DNA from: Rhizophagus irregularis
Taxonomy: Eukaryota
DNA: 64,000 bases
Reading direction: 5' to 3'
Assembly: GCF_026210795.1 (NCBI RefSeq)
Contig: NC_089434.1
Location: 3,596,001 to 3,660,000 of the forward strand
Below, piece by piece: positions 40,155-51,352 of the stretch. The notes beneath the pieces were generated by a model, which did not search any database, had not been told where the DNA came from, and saw only the letters and a program-made list of their open reading frames with translations. Each line of letters begins with the position of its first letter. Positions within the stretch are counted from its first letter, which is position 1. The position numbers and the translations under genes were made by a program.

Positions 40155-40808
40155 ACTTTAATATAAGAGCTTACTTCCCCCCCCTAGGTAAGATATGTTA
40201 TATATATAATTTCTTATATAGTATTGTATGTAACCTAAGATCTTTAGTTACCCCCCCTAAAATATTAGGTAATATCTGACAGCACCCTTATACTATGCGT
40301 ATTTTTGACCGCTCTACAAGTTTTATTAATATATCAAAAGGATTAGAATGTTATTTTTGACTTTTATATGTAACATATTATAGGGGTGCGACATAACGCA
40401 GGTGCGATAAAAAACAAAACTCATCATTTTATTACTGTCATTTATTAAGCGTTTGCTTTAAATGTAAATGAACTGAATCTTTTTTCTATAATAAGAAATA
40501 AATTGATATAATTTTCCTTGAATCCATTTATATTTTATTTTTAAAAAAAACGGGGTTTGAATAAATTTTTTTCTTAACGAATTCTTTTTTTTCTTGAAAT
40601 TAATAAGTATAAATAAAGGACTATCACCTGAGAAGTATGTTAGCAAAGTATACGATCGTTACCATATCTAAGTTCAAATGTTTAAGAATTATATTTTTAT
40701 TATTCCAAATAAAATGATAAATTCAATCAAAAAAAAAAACTTTCATCAATTCAAATTTCTAGATGAAAATAAATCCGAGAATAAAATTTGATGATGCATA
40801 TTACAGGC

Positions 40809-41837
40809 TCAACTATAGTGAATTTTTTGATAAATATCACACCGGATTTTTTCATATAACTCCTTAGTTTCTCTAGCTAATATTTCCCATTCTGCTATCT
40901 CGATTAATTCTTCTTGTTTTGCTTGCTCTTTAGCTTTGTTAATTAATTTTTGATTATCTCGCTTCCAAGCTTGCCAGTCATAATTTTTAAGAGGATCATT
41001 TTCTATTTTGTAATTTTTTAATTGTTCTGCTAGTTTTCCCGTACATAAAAGTGTTCTTGAAAAGTAACTTCCCGTCAAACCCAAATCAGAAGCGGCGATA
41101 TTGATATCAAAAAAAATTTCAGGCAAATACTCTAAACCACTATCTATGTCAGTATCAGCGATACCTATTCCACATAAACTAGTTAAATTTCTTAATGGTT
41201 TTAAAGAGCCATAAAAACGATTACCTTCAAGGTATAATCTACGCAAATTAATAAAGGGAGTAAAACAACTTAGATCTCGGGCAGGAAATTCGTTGTGAGT
41301 CAAGCGGAGGGTAATCAACTTGGAAGGATTTATAGTTTTTAAAAATTCTAAGCTTTTTAATTGGCATTCATTACAAAAAATTTTTTCAATTTTATCTAAT
41401 CCAGTAAAATCTAAATTAGTTAACTTATTGCCTGAAAAATTAACTTCTTCAATTTGTCGGTTATTAGATATATTTATATTTGTGAGTTGATTATTGAAAC
41501 AGTTTAATTCACGAAGTTGTAGACAATCAGAAATATCTAATGTAGTAATTTTATGGCTACTAATACTCAAAACCTCCAAATTAACGAACCCTTTTAAAGA
41601 TAAGGGACCTTTTAAACTAATACCGTCTTCAATAATTCCCTTGTTTATCACATTATCAAGAATAGCTGACAAGGATCGACCCTCCATAAAAAGTTTAAGT
41701 GAATTATTAAAATTATTTTCTAATCCTGTTATTCCTGTTAAGTCTTGTTTGCAACCTATTCTTTTAACTCCTTTCTTTTTATCGGCAGTGGGGTATTTTT
41801 TATCCAACCATTCCTGAGCATTTACCTCGTTTACCAT
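40809..41837 (-). CDS. Leucine-rich repeat protein (342 aa), AQEWLD-type
   Basis: Repeated LxxLxLxxNxL units (LRELNCFNNQLTNI, LRRLYLEGNRFYGSL), N-terminal NAQEWLDKKYP, and DIDSGLEYLP. Intronless and intact. Confidence 0.92.
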   Translation of the reverse strand: MVNEVNAQEWLDKKYPTADKKKGVKRIGCKQDLTGITGLENNFNNSLKLFMEGRSLSAILDNVINKGIIEDGISLKGPLSLKGFVNLEVLSISSHKITTLDISDCLQLRELNCFNNQLTNINISNNRQIEEVNFSGNKLTNLDFTGLDKIEKIFCNECQLKSLEFLKTINPSKLITLRLTHNEFPARDLSCFTPFINLRRLYLEGNRFYGSLKPLRNLTSLCGIGIADTDIDSGLEYLPEIFFDINIAASDLGLTGSYFSRTLLCTGKLAEQLKNYKIENDPLKNYDWQAWKRDNQKLINKAKEQAKQEELIEIAEWEILARETKELYEKIRCDIYQKIHYS

Positions 41838-43036
41838 AATGTAATATTTTAATACTTTAAAATGACTTAAAAAAAAAAATAATAATATTTTTAATTATTA
41901 GTTGCGAAAGAAGAAATTACATTAAATATATTTTAAAAGCATATTTCATATGCCATGTGATTTATTAACCTTACCAAACGCCTAAAAATGATACCATTCT
42001 CACAATGATGTTTGACGCTAAAACATTCAATAATTTTTATTGAAATATGAAATTTTGGAAAAAATCAGTGAAATATAATGTAATTATTTCCTTACTGAGT
42101 GTAATTGAAGACCCACTTTTTCAAACGAACCAATCAGTTGCAGAGATTCCAGTTCATTATTGCCGATTATTGATTCATTTTGGTAAATAAACGGAAAAGA
42201 TGATCCTGGAGACCTGGACTATATATTCCGTAATAGCCGTATAACACAATAGACAAAAAAACCAATTTCACGCTACCTACGTATAAACTTTTAGTTATTT
42301 TAATAATTCGTATTAGCTAGCCTCTTAGAAAGGCACCTTTACCAAAAAAGTCTACCATAACCTAATTAACAGAGTATTATATATATACTTTCTTACACTT
42401 GGAAAGTTTATATGGAATTATAAAAAAATTTTTTTTATTATAAAACAATCTACGAAAAATACTAAAAATTTTGTACTTTGGCATAATCAATTTATTATTA
42501 TATTATTTATTAAGCTTTTGCTTTAAATGTAAACGAACCTTTATTTTTATGTTGCTACTCGTTACATTTATTGTATTTATTCAAGAAAATGAAATATTTA
42601 TTTTTATTTTATAATAAGGAATAAATTGATATAATTTTATTTGAATTCGTTTATTATTATTTTTTATTTATTTTTTTAAAAAAAGGGTTTTGAATAAATT
42701 TTTTTCTTAACAAATTCTTTTTTTCTTGAAATGAATAAGTATAAATAAAGGACTATCTCCCGAAAAGTATGTTAGCAAGTATACGATCGTTACCATATCT
42801 AAGTTCAAATGTTTAAGAATTATATTTTTACTATTCCAAATAAAATGATATATCCAATCAAAAAAGGCTTTCATCAATTTAAATTTTTACATGAAAATAA
42901 AATAAAATTTAAGGATGCTTATTATATAATATGATCAATTCAACTACTTAGTTTCGTCTTATTAACTATTCAGCTATGAGTTTTTGATAAATATCACATC
43001 GAAGATGTTCATATAACTCTTTAACTTCTTTAGCTA

Positions 43037-43915
43037 CTAGCCTACTACTTCCCATTCTAATAACTCAGTTAATTCTTCTTGTTTATCTTGCTTTTTAGCT
43101 TTGTCAATTAATTCTTGATTATCTCGCTTCCAAGCTTGCCAGTCATAATTTTTAAGGGGATCATTTTCTATTTTGTAATTATTTAATTGTTCAGCAAGTT
43201 TTCCCGTACATATAAGTAATCTTTTAAAGTGACCTCCCACCAAGCCCAAATAAGAAGCGGCGGCATCGAGATTGAAAAAATTTTCAGGCAAATATTCCAA
43301 ACCACTATCAATGTCAGTTCCAGCAATACCTATTTCCTTTAAATAGGTTAAATCCCTTAATGGCTTTAAAGAACCATAAAAAGGATTGTTAACAATATAT
43401 AATCTCTCTAAATTAATAAAGGGAGTAAAACAACTTAAATCTTGGGCAGGAAATTTGTTGTTGTTCATGCGGAGAGTGACCAACCTGACCGGATTTAGAG
43501 TTTTTAAAAATTCTAAATTTGTTAATTGGCAGCCATCACAAAAAATTTTTTCAATTTTATCTAATCCAGTTAAATCTATATTAGTTAACTTATTGTCTGA
43601 ACAACGTAATTCACGAAGTTGCAGGCAATCAGACACATCTAATGTAGTAATTTTATGGTTACAGATATTCAAAAATTCCAAATTAATGAATCCTTTTAAA
43701 GATAAAGGACCTTCTAAACTAAGATTGCTTTCAATTATACCACTGTTGTTTATCTCATTATCAAGAACAGCTGATAAGGACCGACCCTTAATAAACGATG
43801 AAAGTAAATTACTTCCCACACTTTTTAAGTCTTGTTTAGGACCGATTCTTTTGACTTTTGCTTTGGCTTCTGCAGTGGGATATTTTCTGTCCAACCATTC
43901 TTGAGCTTTTACCAT
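43037..43915 (-). CDS. Leucine-rich repeat protein (292 aa), C-terminus shortened by an 8-nt insertion
   Basis: Paralog of 40809-41837. The homologous tail (AKEVKELYEHLRCDIYQKL) continues out of frame to 42966. Confidence 0.88.
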   Translation of the reverse strand: MVKAQEWLDRKYPTAEAKAKVKRIGPKQDLKSVGSNLLSSFIKGRSLSAVLDNEINNSGIIESNLSLEGPLSLKGFINLEFLNICNHKITTLDVSDCLQLRELRCSDNKLTNIDLTGLDKIEKIFCDGCQLTNLEFLKTLNPVRLVTLRMNNNKFPAQDLSCFTPFINLERLYIVNNPFYGSLKPLRDLTYLKEIGIAGTDIDSGLEYLPENFFNLDAAASYLGLVGGHFKRLLICTGKLAEQLNNYKIENDPLKNYDWQAWKRDNQELIDKAKKQDKQEELTELLEWEVVG

Positions 43916-46900
43916 AATATAATATTTAGTTAGGATAACTTATTTTTTAATATTTTATTTTGTTATATTCTTAGTTTGAGAGAGAAAGGAAAATGAACTT
44001 ACATTGAGGTCTATATATAAAAAAAGTGATCAAAATTTCATATGATTGTGATTTTTTTATTAACCTTACCGGGTTATATCAAAATGCAAAAATTTGACCC
44101 TGTACAAGTACAACATCATATATGTAACACAATATATGTTGGTAATTTCTGCCAAATTAAGATTTCTAAAAAGATTAATAAAAAATAGTTGTAAATCATT
44201 ACCCTGTCTGATACTAATGCTAATATGGTGAAAAATGGACTCGGTTTTTTTTGTAAGTCAATTTATTAAAAGTAACAATGTGAACGATATACGCAAGATG
44301 TAAAATAAAAGAAAATAACAATTGCTAAAGTTGGTAATTTTTCCTGCGATGTTTTCGTCAGGTAAACTTTAACCACGCTAGATGGGACTTGATTGATTCA
44401 ATCTTTGGAGAAAGTCGTTGAATTTCCACAAGTTGGGAAATTGAGCATTTCGATCATGTGCACAAAAAAATTTCTGAAACTCATTCTTCAAGTGAACGGT
44501 ATTCATGACGTAAAGCAACATAGGAGCGTCTTGCTGCTAAAAGTTGTTCAGTATTAACAGAAATATACTTGCAAACATGAAAATATTATTGTTTATTAGT
44601 AACGGTTAAAAGATAGTCAATGGCTTTTTTAAGAGCTTGAGGGACTTTTTTGAGGTCGTTACGAAGAGTGTTAAGATGAATAAGTTTTTCAGCTTCTAAA
44701 GTATCAAAAACCATCAAGCAGTTTCTTTCTTAAAAAAAAAACAAAAAAATAGTAGCTACTATATCAAGACTTACGGTCCCAAAGAAAAATGTGTTAGAAT
44801 TTTCTAATAAGTTTACTGCAGATTTAAACAAAAAGTGAAAGAAACATAAAAAGGTCAAACCAACCAAAAAAAACTTCATAATGCCTAGCAGAAAACTACT
44901 ACCTTTTTAGGATGCTGACCGAAATTATCATAATTCTGGCCCTGAAAAAATGTGTACAATTTTTTTGGTACGATACTTTTTTGAGCAGAATTATTGATCT
45001 GGTAAGGTTATGAAAATAAAAGAAAAAAGAAATTTTTTATGATCATTTATCGATTAATAAAATGAATCTTTCAAATTGTACTTTAATAAGTTTTTTAAAA
45101 TACTAAAATTAACAAAATACGATTAGTATCCAACAAAAGAAAACATCATGAAAAAAAAAATTAGTTTATATTTCGTGGGTTTTATAATTACAATCCATTG
45201 AATTATTGCAATTTCAGAATTTTACTAATTACTACCTCACTTGCTAAAAAAAATTATGATTATTATATTCATATAAATTAGAAATTAATAACTTTTTTCT
45301 TTATCACAAAGCTAAAACATTATTAATAATATTATTACTTTGGTGCCTTTTATCTTAAAATTCTATTTAAAGATAGTTAGATCAGAAACAGATTAACCGA
45401 CAGATGAAAATTCAATCAATAAAATAAGATTCACTCTGCGTTTAACATATACTTTAAGGAATGCAAATCTCTCTTTACAAGTATTGCTATTCTCAAGATT
45501 TTGCCATTGTTTGAACGCCAAATTTATCAACATCTTCAATGAATTCAAATTAACATTTTTTTTATATCTTTGGCTAATAGAAATGACAATGTTTACCATT
45601 AACTGGTTTGTCTATTATTTCAGAGGCAAGCACAAATTATTTTTTATGTCATACATTAGATTAAATGGATTATAGATCACTCAAATTTTTTGGCCAGAAA
45701 AGATATTAACTAACTATTACTATAATTTGGAACAACCTTAACCCCTTAGGTAGTGAAAAAAAAAAAATTTTTGATGATTCTTAAACGAACGGTTCAGGTC
45801 TCTAATTATTATCTGGATGTCCACTAAAATAGTTGCGTGAAAATATGCTTAAGAACTTGGGTTTCCAGAAAAAATCAATTGACTTTAGTATTCAAAAGCA
45901 AGCGACATAGAAATTTATACGTAAGACAAAAAAGTAACGCGCAATAACAAATTAAAACACACTACCGCAATAATGTTAGGTTGCTTAAGAGAAATTATGA
46001 ACCTAACAACATTATTAAATAGAGGTTGTAAAACGTTTCAGTTGATCTCGGAAACGATATTCTCGATCGTTTACTATTTTATCTTTGTATTCGGATGGGT
46101 TTACCACTTCAACAGATACAGGACGGCTTCGAAGAATACGATATGACGATGAGTCGAAGCATCATTCATAAAAGAGGAATTGTTAGTTGTGTAAGATATT
46201 TGATATGAAAGTTATATTTCATAAACATTAAAATTTATATGAATCAGAGGAACAAGTTGTTGAGTACATGATGGAAGAAAATGATTTTTTTTTTTCGTTA
46301 TTATTTTTTTGTTCTATGAATGTAGTTAAAAAAAAATATGTTGGTATTTTTCCATTGCTTATTACACCTGTTTATATCTGATATTTTAAAAATAATACAT
46401 GCGGTAGCTAACTTTTTATAAGTCCAGTTATTTTTGATTGACTGGATCATTATTTCCAATAGTCCAGTTTTATAAGTCCAGTTACGATTTTAAAACCCAT
46501 GACGTGATTTTATATATGACTTGTGATTTGATTCATGCGTATTATTATGCACTTTTAGCGGAAAAAAATAAATAACCAGCATAATAAATCGGTCTAATTC
46601 ATGAACTCGATTTTTTTTTAAAAAAATTGAACAGAATATTTTATCAATCAATAAGAAATAAATTTCTATAAAATTTCTTATTTCTACAATTTATAACAAA
46701 TATAACGCGAACGTAAATAAAATTTTTTTTTTTATGCGTACTGAAATAATAGTAATGGCCTAATAGGAGTTGGAATGACGCCAAAATTTTTCTAGGTCAA
46801 TTTTTTTTGATGTACGTTTTTTTGTATAATGCTGTAGAAGAGATATTAAAATAAAATATCCATAAATTGAAAAAAATTATATTATTATAATTACGTAATA

Positions 46901-48299
46901 AGGTATTGTTACTTTTATTTGTAAATTAAAGGTGCAGAGAACACAAATTATAAATATTTGGTAAAATGGTAATACATGTAGTACTTTATTTATTGTATTT
47001 CTTTTTTTACGGTAAAGATAAGAAAGATAAGTTGATATTATTATTTAGTCTACGATATTTTTTCCGAAAAGAATGATAGGATAATGAAATTAAATGAATT
47101 GATCGATTTTTTTTTTTTTGAAACTGCTATAATTGAATAAATTTTTTAATTTTATATATTCTTGACTTGATAAACGAAAAATTATATTATATAAAAATTG
47201 TTGTTTGAAGTACTGATCTATTACATTGTAACACAGATCAGACGCGAAGCCTATTTAATCAACTAATCAATAAAAGTAATAAAAGTTTAAATTTCTTTTA
47301 ACTAATTGAATAACAAAAGAGAAACACGTATAAAATAATATTAAAAACCTACTAATTGTGGTGGCTAAAAACATTGCCACAAGTAAAACAGGTAAAACAC
47401 TTTTGAAACATAAGAGCTTATAAGAGGAAATGTATCCTTTTGTGAGATCGCAATGAAAGGTGTGTTATCATGCGATCCACTTTATTGCTTTCGTGAGAGT
47501 CGTTCGTACGTAGCTCCGCAAAAGACATTTAACCTGGAGAAGCTTTCTTTCGGTATGTACCTTCCTTATTGTAAAGAAACTTGCGCTTGATATTTTCTTA
47601 CTTTCATTAACAAGATTTCTATTTATTAGGATTGATGATAAAGATATCAAGAATGATAAGCTCAATCACGAATTCCAGAACATAGGGTAGTTGTATTTTT
47701 CCATTATTTTTAATGCATAGCCTATAACAAAGATGTCTTCTCACCTTTAAAATGCATTTATAGGCCAAAATCAACGGTCAAGTTTCCCAAATGTGAGTTC
47801 ACCCATGACTTCGTTGTATATTCCACCTTTTCAAATTTCACCATAAAGGAAGAATATATAAAAAAGAAAAGCATATTATATAATTATCTTACATATTACC
47901 TTACTGATCCTTGTTACAAATGTGGTACCAACTCGAGTAAGTGTTTTAATATACCACGAAACATAGCTATTTTATTCATCATTCTTCTCTTTCCAAACAT
48001 TACCAAACAGTGGGTTAATTAGCTTTTTATTATATTAAATTACTATTTTAACATATAAAAAGAATTATTTAGTATAGCAATGGATAGATCACTAGAATAC
48101 TCATTACAATCACAATCTGTTTTAAATAATTGGTAATTCCGAATCATTTTTGATTTTTATTAGTTAAAGTCTTGCATTTTTGCGTTTTTTACAAATAGAA
48201 ATTTGCAATACTTGCTTTGATTAACAACAAATACAATATTTGGGAAAATGTATTTAATTCATAATATGAAGCAGTATCGCCAATAAAGCATATATCACT

Positions 48300-49800
48300 T
48301 CACATCTCAATGTGACCTTCGTGTCGTCTTTTCCAAAAATTTCATCATTCCACCTTTGTTCCTTATTATAAAAAAACCTTTTCTCCGGTATATATTTACG
48401 AAATGTGTCCTCGATGTAATGTTCTAATGGTTGAACAGTTACTTATTTGTTTTGTGCCTTCTTGGCGTTAAAGTACTGAAAAAATATAGCTACCAAGTTT
48501 CGCGCTATATAGAGCAGTGAGCATCCCTTGAGATGAGAGTGAATCAAAAGAAACGGCACTATCACCAATTGCTACCCATCTATTTTCATAAGATGCTAAT
48601 TTAAGTTGAAATGTAACGTAAGTATTCGTATCACAATTAAAAGATGCAATAATTAGGTACATACCAAACCGAGAAAGGCTTTCTGAATTTGCAGGCATAG
48701 CATACACATGATTCTTTTTCCCACAGGTTGATACGAATGCTCACTTATACGCTTGGTAGTATGCGCTGCAGTTTCTTTCATAAATTCATAAAACTCTTCA
48801 ACTCGCCTGATTTTTTCTTTTTATTAATAGATTTTATTAGATCTGAAAAACAACGATTCGTTGCTTATTTGGTAATAGACTAGTGTACCACCATCCAAAA
48901 GCACAAGATTCAACGTGGTCCGAATCAGCAGGTTGTGAAGTATCAGTTTCGGTTAATCATGCCAAGGCCAGTAGTTTATCGAAGGAGGAACGCTCTAAGT
49001 CCGGTAAATCTTTTCGAATGCAGCACTTGCATAAGAATGCTTCCGTGGATTGTTAATTCTAATAAAAAAGGAAGTAAAATCAAATTTAATTCGGTAACGC
49101 CATTGCAATTATGAAAAAACAAGCTTACTATTATTCGAAATAGAAACCTTCCAATATTTCTCCCCGTCATCATTTTCTACAAGAAGTAACTTAGTCATTG
49201 AATCACGTATAATCGGGATGAATCGATCATACTGTGACTCGGCAGCTTTAAGTAATCAAGACACCAAAACCCTCTGTTGAAATATGCAGTCGTACTGTAC
49301 ATACTGATTCACCATGGTGCAGTCCAACTACTCTAATCCCTGTACCTTCACCCTATTGGTAGTAGCATGTTTCATCAAATAGGAACCGGTTCAAATGAAA
49401 TCCCTCACCATAGGCATTAATTATCGTGCTCATATCATGCAATTCATCAGATCCCCATGCAGAGGAATTTCCGTAACAATAATTATGTTTCCCTATAAAA
49501 TCGACAAGTTAGTTAAAACACGAGATTACTTTCACACAGACCGATTTTCGGATTCAATACCTTGTATTGCATCGTTATCCACCGCTTCAAATACACCCAA
49601 TGAACTAAGTATAGGTTTTGCTTCTCCAGGTAAGGATTCTCCAACTTTGAACGTCCCTGTATTCGTTGTTCTCTCATGGATAACTAAAATTTTTCGCCAG
49701 GTTGAAGCTGCCGAATTAAATAACTGGGCTAGTCTTATTGCTGTGCATGACCCTGCAATACCACCGCCTATAATAACAACGTCAAATGTTGCTTGATGTT
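48300..49800 (-). pseudogene. FAD-dependent oxidoreductase, LodB/GoxB-like, pseudogene
   Basis: Collinear fragments: FDVVIIGGGIAG, KVGESLP, GFHLNRFLFDE, VESCAFGWWYTSLLP, IGDSAVSFDSLSSQGMLTALYSA, YNKEQRWNDE/FWKRR. Many frameshifts. Confidence 0.8.
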
Positions 49801-50789
49801 CATTGTGGAGAGAATCTCTAAGGTTATCGAGGAAAATCCATTGAGCGATAATCATGAGATTATCGTGTGATCTAAACTTGCTTTAACAGTTAACACTATA
49901 TTTTGTTTAATTATCTTCTAAATGGGTAAATCATGAATCTATTGTTGACGCAGACGTATTCAAAGGATAGTTCAGATGTTCAGAGAAAGTAATAATACGA
50001 TCGAGTGATGTTAATAAAATTATAAATTGAAATGGTTAAATTTATTTAAGATTTTGATAATAAAGGCCAATTAACTTAAATTAACCGCACGCAAAAAAAT
50101 TTTAACTACAATTATTGTCATCAAACTTTTGTTATAATTTGCGAGTAACAATATAATCGTAAATAGTAATTCTTGAAGGAGAACCAAATTTAGAATACTT
50201 ACAAGAAATTCTGCAATAGACTTCAAAATACAGTGCATCAATGCTGGCATCCTTCCGATTATCAATATTTTTTTCTTCTGACCATCGCTTCTAAGCATTT
50301 TGCAAATAATAGCATAAGGTAGAATAGGCAGCATTGAACGCAGTGTCGGTAGCAATGCGGTGAACGAACTACAGGGAGAATATGGCAAAGCATAAAGTAA
50401 ATTCATATTTTCATCATATACTTAGCAAAGAAGAAAAATTGCAACCATGGAATTGAAAAATCATTCACTTACGATATATTCCTTTTTTTCTTCTTCTTCT
50501 TTCCTTTTTTTTCTCCTCCTTTTTCTTCTTTCCCTCTTTCTTTTTTTCCCTTTCCTCGAAATTACTTTCCTCAAAAACTGGACTATTCGATTCATTTTCG
50601 AGCTTTAAAAAATGACCTGACTTCTCCGATCCGTAGCTTATTAACCTAAGAGTTTTTGCAGATAGCTTCAAAGATAATAATTCACTTTCGTCTGTGTGGA
50701 GTAACGCAAATATAAACAATATATGAACCTTCTGTCTTATTTTGTTTAAATCCTATATAGATAATTTACAGGATCATTTGCTGGAAAAT

Positions 50790-51352
50790 TCGGATCAACT
50801 GGCCAAGATAATGTGATATAACGACACAATATTGGGAATACCCGGCGCATACTTTGGAGGTGCCACAAGAACCCATGATCTGCTAAATTGATATATGTTA
50901 ATCATCATAATGCTTCAAATGTAAATTTTTTGCAGTTAGACTTGTAATTACCTCTATTCCTGAGTTTCAGTAACTTCAGCATCTACAGGACCATCAGAAG
51001 TGTCATCGTACCAACAATCATTATTCACGTAATTAGTAATCAAAGCATCTGCAAGATTGATTCGAGTATATCTATACAAGTACGAAGGTATACTGACTCT
51101 CTTTGATACTCCAAGATTCTCCCTTCCCACCAATAATTAAAAACTTCCTTCTTTCTCCATTATCATGTCCAAGTATAACTCACGTTCATATTTAAAATTT
51201 TCTTTATCGTCGACATCGTGACGATAAACACGCGCACCTTGAATTCTACAGAGTACGTTACACTTCCATTTTCATCTTTTTCACTAGATAAGTTTTGTTT
51301 CCTGACAAATTAATATGACATATCTAGTTGCATCATTACTTTCATCTGCCAT
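50790..51352 (-). pseudogene. LodA/GoxA-family (CTQ amino-acid oxidase) N-terminal fragment, pseudogene
   Basis: Manual translation gives IIGGKGES, NNDCWYDDTSDGPVDAEV (about 51025-50972) and SWVLVAPPKYAPGIPNIVSLY (about 50878-50816). These match the LodA-family NNDGWxDDxSDGPV and WVxxAPPxYAP motifs. A GT-AG intron-like gap lies between them. Confidence 0.78.

Larger units (their letters stand above)
37506..40280. mobile_element. ~146-bp MITE split by the 2.6-kb retroposed unit (arms 37506-37542 and 40172-40280)
   Basis: Perfect 19-bp TIR gtcagatattacctaatat (37506-24) / atattaggtaatatctgac (40262-80). The reconstituted sequence resembles the 24419-24550 MITE in reverse orientation. Confidence 0.75.

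Noticed and set aside
43386..43904. 172-aa + strand ORF (also 41494-41817, 29739-30110, 29420-29614) conserved among copies
   Set aside because: Antisense shadows of the LRR genes. Their similarity follows from the duplication.
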